Origin: Flavobacteriales bacterium | Lineage (GTDB): Bacteria > Bacteroidota > Bacteroidia > UBA10329 | Direction: 5' to 3' | NCBI GenBank assembly: GCA_018402015.1 | Contig: JAGYJL010000005.1 | Span: 7,499 to 71,498 of the forward strand | DNA length: 64,000 nt | Shown: positions 1-11,308 of the stretch, in pieces | Layout of the letters: every line of letters begins with the position of its first letter | Position numbering within the stretch: the stretch's first letter is position 1 | Translations under genes and position numbers: made by a program | The notes under the pieces: generated by a model | Told to the model about the DNA's origin: nothing | Seen by the model: the letters and a program-made list of their open reading frames with translations, nothing else | Databases searched by the model: none

Positions 1-657
1 CAGCGCATCGTTTATTCTACAGAGTTCGTGTTCAAAGAGGGGATTTACCTCTCATTCCAGGATTTTAAGAACAATAATCCAGTTCCGATAACCTACATCA
101 TCAGCGATCTCGATATTCGTTCTGAGGATTATATCGATGAAGTGCTCAGTTACGACACTGTTCATTTTTACGATAATCTCCTAGAGGAGCGTAGGGTAGC
201 AACCGACAATATCTGGGGTTACTGCAAGCGGAACAGGATATTCGTAGCTTTTGGAGAAAAGCAGAGCTACAACAACCCCGAGTTCTTCGATTTTTACCCG
301 CTGCTTAATATTGGTGCAGTTTCTTATTTCTCTGCCACCGAAGCATATTACCGTACTATGAGCGTAGGGCCGCAAGTCGGAATTGGCTTTCGAGACCCTA
401 TGATGAATGACCAAATGACGGTTACCGAAACGGGCCAAGTTCAATTGTTGCTGGAATTCAGCTCTGGAAGATTATTGTTGGCAAATAGGGGAGAACTTCG
501 TTCTACGCCACCAGAATTGGTTTCCGACTTAATCAGATCCGATCCGGTTCTGCTGATGGAATTTCAGGCCCTTGCGGTACGTGATCAAAAGCTGAAAGGA
601 ATGTTCTACATCCGAAAATTCAACGAACGAAATCCGATCTATTTCCCAGTGAACTGA
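1..657 (+). CDS. Hypothetical protein, 5'-truncated by the window edge
   Basis: Frame is open from base 1 (QRIVYSTEFVFKEGIYLSFQDF...) to TGA at 657; no family recognised. Confidence 0.75.
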   Translation, partial: QRIVYSTEFVFKEGIYLSFQDFKNNNPVPITYIISDLDIRSEDYIDEVLSYDTVHFYDNLLEERRVATDNIWGYCKRNRIFVAFGEKQSYNNPEFFDFYPLLNIGAVSYFSATEAYYRTMSVGPQVGIGFRDPMMNDQMTVTETGQVQLLLEFSSGRLLLANRGELRSTPPELVSDLIRSDPVLLMEFQALAVRDQKLKGMFYIRKFNERNPIYFPVN

Positions 658-683
658 ATAAAAATTGAAAAAATTACAACAGA

Positions 684-700
684 CCCTGTGAAAATCAGGG
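684..700. promoter_or_regulatory. Inverted repeat CCCTG-N7-CAGGG upstream of amt; candidate operator
   Basis: ccctg tgaaaat caggg in an AT-rich intergenic region about 50 bp before the amt start. Confidence 0.35.
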
Positions 701-752
701 GTATTGGTTTGCAAAACTCACTTTCTTTGCGCTCAAGTTTAAAAATTGAGCC

Positions 753-2075
753 ATGGGAAAGAAAATGAGTAAAACATATGCCCAAGTAGCCTTATTTCTC
801 TTGTTAATTGTTGGTTTGTTTGCCGCTTTTTACCCGACCGTTCATCCTTCGGGAGGAGAATTTGATTCGGGCGATATCGCTTGGCTCATTTCAGCTTCAG
901 GATTAGTTCTCATCATGACTCCTGGCCTTTCCTATTTCTACGGTGGAATGGTATCTGCCAAGAACATAATCTCCACCATGCTTCAGAGCTTTGTAGCGCT
1001 TGGAGTAATTACTGTACTATGGTTTGTGGTGGGTTTCAGTCTCAGTTTTGGAGATAGTATTGGCGGATTTATTGGAGATCCGCGCACATTTTTCATGTTT
1101 GATAATGTAGGAACTGCAGCTCATTCCACCATCGCTACAGGAATTCCTTTTGTGCTTTTTGCAGCCTTTCAACTCAAGTTTGCCATTATCACACCAGCAC
1201 TTATAACTGGCGCTTTTGCCGAACGCATCAAGTTTTGGGGATACATGCTTTTTATGGTCTTGTTCTGTCTGTTCATTTACACACCGTTGGCTCACTGGAC
1301 CTGGCATCCAGAAGGATTCCTCTTTAAGTGGGGCGTGCTCGATTTTGCGGGAGGAACCGTGGTTCACATCTCGGCAGGGATGGCCGCTTTGGCAGGTGCC
1401 ATGTTCTTTGGAAGAAGGAAAGTGCACATGGACAAAGTGGAGAACACACCGGTCAATATTCCGTACGTGTTGCTCGGCACAGGATTACTTTGGTTCGGTT
1501 GGTTCGGTTTCAATGCTGGTTCAGCCTTGGCAGCTGATGAATTGGCGGTAAGTGCTTTCGTGAATACCAATCTAGCTTCTGCTGCGGCTATGCTGGCTTG
1601 GTTGGTTTACGATTCAGCCCGTGGAAGAAAACCATCTGCTTTGGGAGGAAGTATTGGAGCAGTGGTAGGTCTGGTTGCTATTACACCAGCCGCTGGATTT
1701 GTGAGTTTCGGGGCAAGTATTGCTATAGGCATCACCGCCAGCATCGTTTCAAATATTGCCGTCCACCTGAAGTCAAAATCGACCTTAGATGATACCTTAG
1801 ATGTGTTTCCATGCCATGGTCTGGGTGGAATTGTAGGTATGATACTAACAGGTGTTTTTGCCTTGGATGGCGGATTGATCACGGGTGAAACGACCTTGTT
1901 TCTGAATCACATGTTGGCGCTGGTAATCGTTTGTGTCTTCACCTTTGGAGGAAGTTATTTGCTTTATTTCATCACCAACACCATCATTCCGCTTCGTGTG
2001 AGTGAGGAGGCTGAGGAGATCGGTCTGGATCTTACACAACATGACGAGAAGTACATTCTCGCACGCGTTGATTAA
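753..2075 (+). CDS. amt: Ammonium transporter (Amt family)
   Basis: MTPGL..FYGG, DFAGGTVVHIS, LLWFGWFGFNAGS, GLVAITPAAG, DDTLDVFPCHG; both pore histidines present; many TM helices. Confidence 0.97.
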   Translation: MGKKMSKTYAQVALFLLLIVGLFAAFYPTVHPSGGEFDSGDIAWLISASGLVLIMTPGLSYFYGGMVSAKNIISTMLQSFVALGVITVLWFVVGFSLSFGDSIGGFIGDPRTFFMFDNVGTAAHSTIATGIPFVLFAAFQLKFAIITPALITGAFAERIKFWGYMLFMVLFCLFIYTPLAHWTWHPEGFLFKWGVLDFAGGTVVHISAGMAALAGAMFFGRRKVHMDKVENTPVNIPYVLLGTGLLWFGWFGFNAGSALAADELAVSAFVNTNLASAAAMLAWLVYDSARGRKPSALGGSIGAVVGLVAITPAAGFVSFGASIAIGITASIVSNIAVHLKSKSTLDDTLDVFPCHGLGGIVGMILTGVFALDGGLITGETTLFLNHMLALVIVCVFTFGGSYLLYFITNTIIPLRVSEEAEEIGLDLTQHDEKYILARVD

Positions 2076-2800
2076 TCTTCTACTTCATAAAGTAAGCGCA
2101 TAGTAATGCTGGCGGTCTTCTTTTTATCTGCAGTATTGAACGCGCCACCCCAACTGTAATCTTCGTTAGAGTTCTGCCCCGTAATTTGGAAGACTCCCAT
2201 GCTGGCAGATTCAAGATCTCCCAATTCACTTCCCGAATTTGCAGCAATGGTTTCCGCTCTTAGTCGAGCATCTTCCGTAGCCTTGCGGATCATCTCGATC
2301 TTCAGGTCGGCCATTTTCGTGTAGTAGTAGCGCGGAGCCTCAGAATAGAACTGAACGCCTTTGTTCATCAGTTCAGTAATTGAACGGGATAATTCTTCAA
2401 CCCGAGAAACTTCGTGCGATTCGATTTCCACCGACTGCGTCAATTGGTACCCCACAAACCTTGCTCCTATATAGTTCCCGTTCTGATATTGAGGTTCTGA
2501 CTGTTCCAATGTGCTGACTGCCTTAAATACCACTTGATCTTCTTTTAATCCTTTGGATAGTAAGTACGCTTTAATGATAGATTTGTCTTGTTCCAATGCA
2601 GCGTAAGCAGCTTTAAGATCGTTGTTTTCACGTACGAATCGCCCTTCCCAAACGATCAGATCGGATTCGAAATCTTCAGAGCCAAGCCCAGTGACGCTGA
2701 TGGTCCCGTTGGTTTCGGCACGTTCTACATAAGCGGTTCCTAAAAAATAGGCAGCTGCCACAATGGCAACGGAGAACAGAATGGCGTTTGTCGTTTTCAT
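2072..2800 (-). CDS. SIMPL (DUF541) domain protein
   Basis: N-terminal TM helix, TISVTGLG, ATEDARLRAETIA, ASMGVFQIT, YSWGGAFNT; ATG at 2800 preferred over the upstream alternative start. Confidence 0.88.
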   Translation of the reverse strand: MKTTNAILFSVAIVAAAYFLGTAYVERAETNGTISVTGLGSEDFESDLIVWEGRFVRENNDLKAAYAALEQDKSIIKAYLLSKGLKEDQVVFKAVSTLEQSEPQYQNGNYIGARFVGYQLTQSVEIESHEVSRVEELSRSITELMNKGVQFYSEAPRYYYTKMADLKIEMIRKATEDARLRAETIAANSGSELGDLESASMGVFQITGQNSNEDYSWGGAFNTADKKKTASITMRLLYEVED

Positions 2801-3103
2801 GGTATCAAAGCTAATTATTGCTAAAAGCAATTATGAACAGAACATTGCCTAGGCCAATTAAAAAAATGTTAATCACTGTTTTGTTAATTACCGCGCGCTC
2901 ACGCGAAAGAAATTCGGGGCATTTCTATTGATTCAAATTTCAACCAGATAAGCAACTAGCGTAACCTTTCCTCTGGTCTTCTAAAGGCAGGTATTTGTAA
3001 ATCAGGCCTGCCTATTCCGTTTTCAGAGCAAACCGTAGGTCCTTATGGAATTCTCAAAATCGCTGCATCCAAAGGGAAAGTTTAACCTAAAAATTCTACA
3101 ATC

Positions 3104-4392
3104 ATGAAAACCCTAGCAGTTATTGTCATTACCGTTTCCACAACCCTTTTCGTTACGCTGTATTCCGCATTTCCTGAAAGATTTTCATTGCGGGAAACGA
3201 AACCCGAAAAAGGTTGTGTATTCAACTCCATGATGGGAATTGAAAGCACAGCAGATTATGCCAAGTACAAGACTCCCGATAAAGTGATGAGTTCTCTGGA
3301 GCACGGACTTGGATGGATTGCCGCTGCTCAGCACAAAGATGGCGGTTGGGGAGCTGGAAGTCACTACGAACAGCGTCAGATGAATCCGCATGCAGTGGCC
3401 TGATCCTGCTACAACTTCCCATGGTCGGTATGGCGTTGCTTCGAAACAGTAACACGACAGAAAAGGAATACAGCGCAACTCAGCAAAGCAGTCGGTACAT
3501 CTCTGACACAAGTGGAGACATCAAACCCGAATTCTCTCAATATCACAGAGTTGCAGAACACGCAGATTCAGACAAACTAGGGCAGAACATCGATGTGGTT
3601 CTCGCTTCTCAGTTCTTGACTAATTTGTTGGAGAAACTTCCAAAGAATCATCAGCTACGTGAGAGAATCAATAAAGCATTGAATGTTTGTGTAGTGAAAA
3701 TTCAGAAAGGACAAATGGCCGATGAGCACGCAAGGCGCAGGTTGGGCCGGTGTGTTGCAATCCTCACTTACGAGTAATGCACTCAAGCTGCAGAATTCGC
3801 GGGGGCAGATGTGGACCTGAAAAAACTGGAGCAGGCTCGCGACTATCAGAAAAGCAACTTTGATACGGAAACGGGAAATGTGAACACGGACAAAGGTGCT
3901 GGAATTGTACTCTACTCCGTCTCAGGTTCTGCAAGAGCAGCAGCAAAGGAAGCGCGCCAGACCCGCGAGCGACTGCAAGAAGCGGAGGAACAAGGGTTGA
4001 TCGATGATGTGAAAGATGTTTCGGCAGATGTGCTGCGAAAAATCGGCTTTTCTGAAGATGAAGCGATCAAAGCCGAAACGAGTTACAAGGTTTACGAAAG
4101 TGCCAAGCAAACTGCGCAGCGACAAGATGTGATGAGCGGTTTTGGAAACAACGGAGGAGAGGAGTTCCTGAGTTTCCTTCAAACCGGAGAAGGACTCGTT
4201 ATCGCCAAAGACAATTCTTGGAAGAACTGGTATGATGATATCTCAGGAAAGATGCTCCGAATTCAGAATCAGGACGGAAGCTGGAATGGGCATCATTGCA
4301 TCACAAGTCCTGTATTCTGCACGGCAACTTGCCTGTTGATTCTTTCAATCGAAAATGATATTCAAAATCTTCAACAGATGGGAGGGAGTTGA
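3104..4392 (+). CDS. Prenyltransferase/squalene-oxidase (QW) repeat protein, split by several frameshifts
   Basis: Three ORF pieces (3104-3403, 3313-3777, 3811-4392) read as one protein with QW-type motifs AQHKDGGWG and IQNQDGSWNGHHC; N-terminal signal/anchor. Confidence 0.7.
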
Positions 4393-4414
4393 TCTGGAGA
4401 AGTATAAGTGGTGT

Positions 4415-4468
4415 TCCGACCTTACGCATTGATTTAGTTAGACCAATGCAGAAGGTCGGGCTTTTTTT
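4415..4468 (+). terminator. Rho-independent terminator
   Basis: Long stem ccgaccttacgcattg...caatgcagaaggtcgg followed by a T7 tract. Confidence 0.8.
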
Positions 4469-4585
4469 GCACGCAGCTTAAGGTCTTTAACAGTTCGTTA
4501 ACATGTTGGTCCTGGCCATGTTGGTACTTTCGGAACGGTAATTGAATAAAACCGAAAATCAACAAATAATTAATCTTAAATCATC

Positions 4586-5032
4586 ATGAAAAAAGCAATG
4601 TTACTTATGGCGATGGTCGTTGGATCTTTCGCTTATGTTACGGCTCAGGTAGCTGGTCCGCAGATCGAATTTGAAAGAGTAGAGCACGATTATGGTTCTA
4701 TTGATCAGGGCGGAGATGGCGCAACCGAATTCGTATTCACCAACACAGGTACAGAGCCGTTGATCATTTCTAAGGCAAAAGGTTCTTGCGGATGCACGGT
4801 TCCTGAGTGGCCGAAAGAGCCGATCGCACCAGGCGCTAAGTCTTCTATTAAGGTCAAGTACGACACAAAGCGTGTTGGTCCTATCAGCAAGTCTGTTACT
4901 ATTACTTCAAACTCTGTGGATAACAGCACCGCATTGTTGAAGATCAAAGGAACAGTTAACGCAGTTGCTAGCGAAGAAGATGCTCTTCCAGAGAGTAAAA
5001 CGATAGAAGGAGCAACTCCTGTTTCTGAATAA
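4586..5032 (+). CDS. DUF1573 domain protein (secreted, Ig-like)
   Basis: Signal peptide; HDYGSI, FTNTGTEPLII, SCGCTVPEWPKEPIAPG. Confidence 0.93.
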   Translation: MKKAMLLMAMVVGSFAYVTAQVAGPQIEFERVEHDYGSIDQGGDGATEFVFTNTGTEPLIISKAKGSCGCTVPEWPKEPIAPGAKSSIKVKYDTKRVGPISKSVTITSNSVDNSTALLKIKGTVNAVASEEDALPESKTIEGATPVSE

Positions 5033-5054
5033 GAAAAGACGTTTTTATTGAATG

Positions 5055-5085
5055 AAAAGTCCCGATTATTGTCGGGACTTTTTTT
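5055..5085 (+). terminator. Rho-independent terminator
   Basis: aaaagtcccga-ttattg-tcgggactttttt. Confidence 0.85.
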
Positions 5086-5102
5086 ATGCTCAAGAATCGC
5101 TG

Positions 5103-6304
5103 ATGCCAAGACTCTCACTCAAGGGTAATCAAATGCCCGAATCGCCAATTCGTAAATTGGTTCCGTATGCAACCGCTGCTAAAGCAAGAGGTATTAAAGT
5201 ATACCATCTCAATATCGGTCAGCCAGATATAGAAACCCCAGAAGTGGCGCTGACCGCTATAAGGAACATCGATCGCAAGGTTATTGAATACAGTAATTCT
5301 GAGGGTTATGCCACTTATCGAAGTGGTTTGGCCAAGTATTACCAAAGTGTGGGTGTTGATGTAGCGGATACCGACATCATGGTTACCACAGGTGGCTCAG
5401 AAGCATTGATCTTCGGCTTTATGACCTGCATGGATCCGGGAGATGAGATCATTATTCCCGAACCATTCTACGCCAATTACAATGGTTTTGCTACCATGGC
5501 GGGCCTTAATGTAAAGCCCATCACTGCTAAAATTGAAGATGGTTTTGCGCTGCCACCTATCTCTGAGTTCGAGCGAAGAATTACCGAGAATACTCATTGC
5601 CATTCGTCACTTATCTGTAACCCTGGAAACCCTACAGGAACATTATACGGAAAGGAAAGCCTTGAAGCCTTGGCCAAGTTGGTCAAGAAATACGACCTTT
5701 TTCTGTTTGCCGATGAGGTTTACCGCGAATTCTGTTACGATAGTGCCATTCCTTTTTCGTGTATGAATTTGGAAGGAATTGAGAATAACGTGGTAATGGT
5801 AGATAGCGTGAGTAAACGCTACAGTATGTGTGGTGCAAGAGTTGGTGCTTTGGTTTCAGAAACAAGGAAATGATGACCAACGCTCAAGTTTGCACAAGCC
5901 AGATTGAGTCCACCAACACTTGGGCAGATTGCTGGCGAGGCCGCATTAAACACACCTCAAGAGTATTTTGATCGGGTGAAGGAAGAATACATGCAGCGCA
6001 GAAATGTGCTGATCGATGGATTGAATGCCATTGATGGTGTGACCAGTCCAAAACCCGCTGGCGCATTTTACGCCATGGCACAATTGCCTGTAGAGAGTGG
6101 CGATGATTTCTGCCAATGGATGTTAGAGAATTCAGCTTCGAAGGAGAAACAGTGATGATGGCTCCCGGAAGCGGTTTTTATTCAACTCGTGCATACGGAG
6201 AGAAGCAAGTTCGAATTGCTTATGTACTTAAAGAAGAAGACCTTAAGAGATCGGTTAAGATCATTGAAGAAGGTTTGAAAGTCTACCCAAGGAGAACCAA
6301 CTAA
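5103..6304 (+). CDS. PLP-dependent aminotransferase class I/II (aspartate aminotransferase-like), frameshifted
   Basis: LNIGQPD, TTGGSEA, EPFYANY, CNPGNPTG, DEVYREF, DSVSKRYSMCGARVG; continues through ORFs 5904-6155 and 6116-6304. Confidence 0.9.
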
Positions 6305-7520
6305 GGATAAAGCAAATACTTCTTACGAAGTGATCTTGAATGCATCGAGGTCAGATTGCCAGGAACCAACGATTTCTTCGATGGATTTTTCCAGCAATGA
6401 TCTGCTTTCTTAGTTCTGAAGAACCGGCCAGTTTGTCGAAGAAATCAGATTGGAAGAACTTGTTTTTTTCCGGGTAGTTCTCATAGGTTGATATGAGCCA
6501 ATCCAAGTTCAATTGCTTTAGGTTTCTGAGGCTGTCCAACGGCAACGAGGACAGGTCTATACCATTGCATTTCATCCCTTCAAATTTGGGATTTACAGCA
6601 ACTCCTTTAATGTCTTTGGGAGTGAAAGTGGTGTTTCCTTCAGGCATTTCAGGATAACCGAACTGCTGGAAAGGCTTATCCGTTCCACGGCCTTCGCTTA
6701 CAACCGTTCCTTCAAAAAAGCACAGACTCGGGTATAGATAAATAGCCTGCTGGTTAGGTAGATTGGGAGATGGGGCGATAGGCAATTCGTACGCATCATT
6801 TCGATCATAATCCATCATTTCAATGACGCTGAGTTCGCACTTTACACCATTTTTCAGCCAACCTTCCTCATTCACCATTTTGGCATATTCTCCAACCGTC
6901 ATTCCATGAACCACTGGAACCTCGTGCAAGCCTACGAACGATGAGAAGTCCTTCTGAAGAACCGGACCATCCACGTAATGCCCGTTCGGATTAGGGCGGT
7001 CGAGCACGATCAGTTGGATGCTATTCTCTGCACAGGCTTCCATCATGTAACTCATAGTACTGATGTAGGTGTAGAACCGTGCGCCTACATCTTGAATGTC
7101 AAAGATCACAACATCAAGACCTTGCAGTTGCTTGGCCGATGGCTTGTAATTGCTTCCATAAAGAGACATGATAGGCAGCCCTGTTTTCGGGTCTTTGCTA
7201 TCAGAGATCTTTGCGCCCGCACTTGCATTACCACGAAATCCGTGCTCAGGAGCAAATACGCATTTCACGTTTACGCCTAAACTCAAAAGTGTATCCACTA
7301 AATGGATCTTACCGACCACCGAGGTTTGATTGGCAACAATACCTACTGCTTTTCCTTCTATTCGAGGCAGGTATAAGTCTGTTCGCTGTGCTCCTAAAAC
7401 AAGCTGCTTCTGAATTTCTTCGATTGCTATGCCATCATTTGCTGGTGGTGGAGCAGGCACGGGTTGTCCGCAAGCAGAAAGCCACAGAACGGTAATGAGA
7501 TATTTGATAGTTTTAGCCAT
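6301..7520 (-). CDS. Exo-beta-N-acetylmuramidase NamZ family (DUF1343) lipoprotein, one frameshift near the 3' end
   Basis: FAPEHGFRG, FDIQDVGARFYTYIST, LDRPNP, HGMTVGE, PSPNLP, SEGRGT; the conserved tail RKKYLLYP* lies in another frame ending at 6301. Confidence 0.9.
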
Positions 7521-7556
7521 TATCCTTCGAGCACAAATCTCTTTCAAGGCAAGCAA

Positions 7557-8797
7557 TTGAACACACCTTTTTTTATTGCAAAACGCCTCATCCGAACAGA
7601 TGGGCGTGCCGAAAGTAGCAATATTTCAGGCACGCGGCCGATCGTGAGGATTGCCATTGCTGGCATTGCACTGGGATTAGCGGTTATGATCGTTTCCATG
7701 GCCATTGTTACGGGTTTTCAGAAAGAGATCACGGATAAAGTGGTCAATTTTGGTGCCGACATCATCATTACCGATTATTCCAATCTCAATGCCATAGAGC
7801 CACAGCCGGTTTCCAAAGAGCAGGACTTTTATCCAAGCCTAACGGAAATTGATGGCATACGACACATTCAGGTGTTTGCTACCAAAGCAGGTATTGTTAA
7901 AACAGACGAGGAAATTGAAGGGGTAGTTGTAAAAGGTGTTGGTAGCGATTTCGATTGGAGTTTTTTTCAGCGACACCTGATAGATGGGCAGGTTTTTGAA
8001 ACAACAGATAGTTCGCGCAGCAAGAATATTCTCATTTCAGAAAGTATCTCTAAGAAGTTGAAACTGAATGTTGGCGATAGAATGGAAGTGTTTTTCATTC
8101 AGGAAGAACGGCAGCGTGCGCGTGTATTTGATGTAACAGGAATCTATAAAACAGGCTTGGCGGAGTATGACGAACGATATGTAATTACTGATATTACACA
8201 TATTCAACGGCTCAATGGTTGGAGTTCGGATCAAGTTGCGGGCTTCGAAGTTTTCGTAGACGATTTTGGAGATTTGGATGAGTTGGAAGATGTGGTTTAC
8301 CACAGTATTGGTAATGACCTTTATTCGGCAACGGTAAAAGATCTGCAACCACAGATATTCGATTGGCTCGATCTTCAGGATATGAACGTAAGGGTTATCA
8401 TCATTCTGATGCTCGTAGTAGCAGGCTTCACACATGATTTCTGCTTTGCTCATCTGGTCATTGAGCGCGTTTATAATGATTCAGAACTCTGAAATCGCTT
8501 GGAATGAACGATGGAAACATACGTAACATCTTCATCTATCAAGCACTGTATCTAACGGGTGTTGGTCTGTTCTGGGGTAATCTGGTCGGAATTCTACTAT
8601 GCCTTATTCAAGATCGATTCGGCCTCGTCACTTTGGATGAAGCCAGCTATTACGTAAAAGTTGTTCCCATCAATTTAGACATCGCACACATTCTTCTGCT
8701 CAACACGGGTACGCTGTTCTTCTGCTTTCTAATGTTGCTTTTGCCTTCTATGGTGGTTTCCCGAATTCAGCCGCTCAAGGCCATTCGTTTCAACTAG
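7557..8797 (+). CDS. ABC transporter permease, LolC/E (FtsX-like) family, frameshifted near 8430-8500
   Basis: IAIAGIALGLAVMIVSMAIVTGFQKEI, TGIYKTG, QIFDWLDLQD, C-terminus SRIQPLKAIRFN. Confidence 0.88.
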
Positions 8798-9600
8798 GCG
8801 TTCTGCCCGAACCAACGGTCAAGTAGATCGCGGAGCCGCTTTGGCGAAACCTCGTATTCCAATTCGCCTTCGTGCGTCACAGAAATATTCCCTGTTTGTT
8901 CCGAGACTACGATGGCTATGGCATCTGTGGTTTCCGATAATCCAACAGCAGCTCGGTGGCGCATGCCCAAATGAGCAGGAAACTCATCATCATCTGTTAC
9001 CGGAAGCACGCATCGCGCAGCTTTTATTCGATTGCCAGAAATGATCACGGCTCCATCGTGCAGCGGACTGTTCTTGTAGAAGATGGATTCAAGTATCTTG
9101 GCAGAAACCTCCGCATCAACCTTTTCGCCCGTATTGAGATAGAACTGCAGATTGCTTTCTCGACTGATGACAATAATGGCACCCGTTGCTTCCTGCGCCA
9201 TGTTCAAACATGCAGACACGATTGCGCTAATGTTCAACGTTTCAGCTGTACTGAAAGTCCGTTTCAGGTTCAGCCATTTTAGCGGTGAACTTTTTCCACT
9301 CATGAATCCGGTGGTTCCGATCAGTAGCAGAAAACGCCTCACTTCCTGCTGAAAAACAACGATCAACGCCAGAACTCCCACGCCAATGAACTGTCCGAGT
9401 ATCGAACCTAGTAATTGCATGTTAAGCGCTCTTACCAGCAACCAAAGCAAGTAAAGAGAAAGAATTCCTAGAAAGATATTGATGGCTGCTGTGCCACGAA
9501 CCAGATTGTAAAGTTGATAAAGCAATATGGCCACAATGAGGATGTCTAAGGCATCCAACCAGCGGAAGGTGATAAAACCTAAAACTACATCTGCCAACAT
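8794..9600 (-). CDS. cdaA: Diadenylate cyclase CdaA
   Basis: Three N-terminal TM helices, IVVFQQEVRRFL, SPLHDGAV, LGMRHRAAVG, VVSEQTG. Confidence 0.95.
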   Translation of the reverse strand: MLADVVLGFITFRWLDALDILIVAILLYQLYNLVRGTAAINIFLGILSLYLLWLLVRALNMQLLGSILGQFIGVGVLALIVVFQQEVRRFLLLIGTTGFMSGKSSPLKWLNLKRTFSTAETLNISAIVSACLNMAQEATGAIIVISRESNLQFYLNTGEKVDAEVSAKILESIFYKNSPLHDGAVIISGNRIKAARCVLPVTDDDEFPAHLGMRHRAAVGLSETTDAIAIVVSEQTGNISVTHEGELEYEVSPKRLRDLLDRWFGQNA

Positions 9601-9711
9601 GGGTATGCTTTCTGCTAAAACGCGAATTGCCCAAAATTAGCGTAATCAGCGGGACTCCTGTCAAAAGTCAGTTGACGACCGAGGCATTCAGTTTACTTCG
9701 TAGCACAGGAA

Positions 9712-10530
9712 ATGGAAGAAGACAACTTCGAATTATTTGATCCAAAAAAGGCGCAGAAGTTGGCTCAGGTCGTGCTTCCAATTGCTGAAACGTACCATCG
9801 GGCTAAATGGCTGGGGTTGGAGAACATACCAGATGAGGTCTTCTTGGGAGTTGGTAATCACACCGGCATGCACTTTATGCCAGAATCGGTGTTGTGGGTT
9901 GCAAAATATCAGGTCAAAGAAAGGCCTGTTGCTATGCTTACGCTGATTCATCATATGACGCATCGTATCGCCAAATTGCTCAACTTCCCTGTAAATGAGT
10001 TGGGACTGTTGGAAGCGAACCGTCAGAGTGCCTTGGATGCGCTTAAAGCCGGATATGCTGTAACCGTTTATCCGGGTGGTGATAGGGATGTTGCTAGGCC
10101 TTTTTCAGATAGGAACAATATCAATTTCTTCGATCATTTAGGTTACGTGAAGACCGCGCTGAAGGCTCAGGTTCCTATTCTTCCTATTGTTGGCTGTGGA
10201 GGTGGAGAAACACTTTTTGTGCTCAATTCTGGCGAAAAGTTTGCCGAATTCACCGGACTCAAGAAGTTCGCTAAGGTGCACACATGGCCGTTGTACTGGT
10301 CGTTTCCATTCGGGTTTCATTGGGGGCATTTTCCGCATTTTGAATTGCCGCTTCCCTCGCAAATGACCATGAGTGTGCTACAGCCGTATTACCTGAATGA
10401 TCACTCTCCTGAGGATGCCGAAAATCCGGAAGTGGTGAGTGCGATTAACGAGGAGATCATTTACCGGATGCAAAAGGAATTGGACCGGATCTCGAAAGGA
10501 AGACTACCCGTTATTGGGAAGTTGTTCTGA
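9712..10530 (+). CDS. Lysophospholipid/PlsC-DAGAT family acyltransferase
   Basis: GLENIP, VGNHTG, VYPGGDRD, GYVKTALKAQVPILPI, HFELPLP. Confidence 0.85.
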   Translation: MEEDNFELFDPKKAQKLAQVVLPIAETYHRAKWLGLENIPDEVFLGVGNHTGMHFMPESVLWVAKYQVKERPVAMLTLIHHMTHRIAKLLNFPVNELGLLEANRQSALDALKAGYAVTVYPGGDRDVARPFSDRNNINFFDHLGYVKTALKAQVPILPIVGCGGGETLFVLNSGEKFAEFTGLKKFAKVHTWPLYWSFPFGFHWGHFPHFELPLPSQMTMSVLQPYYLNDHSPEDAENPEVVSAINEEIIYRMQKELDRISKGRLPVIGKLF

Positions 10531-11308
10531 AAAAAGCAGCGAATTTCTTGGGTGTATCCGTATTGATGAAGTCAATACCCATGGCACGGAAAGTTTCCCA
10601 CGCGCTCGGGTGATCGGGAGATGCCCAAAGACGGAGTTTCTTGCCTTCAGCATGCACCTTTGAAATAAGTTTTCTGAGTTTCAACTGTTCGTCCTCGGGC
10701 ATTTCTCCTTTACCGTTCCACGAAAGATGGTTCTTGTAATGATCGCTGATTACGGGCATCACATCAGCAGAAATCTGCTTGCCAAAATCGCTGGGTCGTC
10801 CATCCAAAAAGGCCAGTTTCGGTTCGGCATTCAGAACCGCATCTGTGGGTCTTCCTCCCGAAAGGAAAACCGTGACGGCTCCCTGTTTCAGTTCACCATT
10901 TTCCACGGTGGTCAGCATGGATCGATACTTTTCCAATAGTTGTATCAGTCGATCGAATGTTTCTTTGCCGTGTCCCTTAAAATCGATCATCAGGTAAAAC
11001 GGCCCATCATAATTCGGATAAACCTTGCCGCCATTTTTCTGAACGTGCTCAAAAAGAGGTTTCAGGTACAGATTCTCTAGCGAACGTTTCTTATTTCTAC
11101 CCAACGGCCGAACGTGCGCCACATACAGGTCGCCTTTCATGAAATGCACATCTGCTTCTAAGGAAATCAGCTTGGCATCCAACGCTTCAAAAAGCGCAGG
11201 TTTGTTCAGGTAATCGTTGTGTGCGTGACCGGGAATGACCGTTTGGGCAAATGAAGGGAAAACGAAAAAGGAGAAAACGAAAAAGGAGATTGCGGCTAAG
11301 CGTTTCAT
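10511..11308 (-). CDS. PI-PLC/GDPD-like phosphodiesterase superfamily protein, secreted
   Basis: Signal peptide; GHAHNDY, SLEADV, LYVAH, LMIDFK, KLRLWASPD, GIDFINTD. Confidence 0.85.
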   Translation of the reverse strand: MKRLAAISFFVFSFFVFPSFAQTVIPGHAHNDYLNKPALFEALDAKLISLEADVHFMKGDLYVAHVRPLGRNKKRSLENLYLKPLFEHVQKNGGKVYPNYDGPFYLMIDFKGHGKETFDRLIQLLEKYRSMLTTVENGELKQGAVTVFLSGGRPTDAVLNAEPKLAFLDGRPSDFGKQISADVMPVISDHYKNHLSWNGKGEMPEDEQLKLRKLISKVHAEGKKLRLWASPDHPSAWETFRAMGIDFINTDTPKKFAAFFRTTSQ

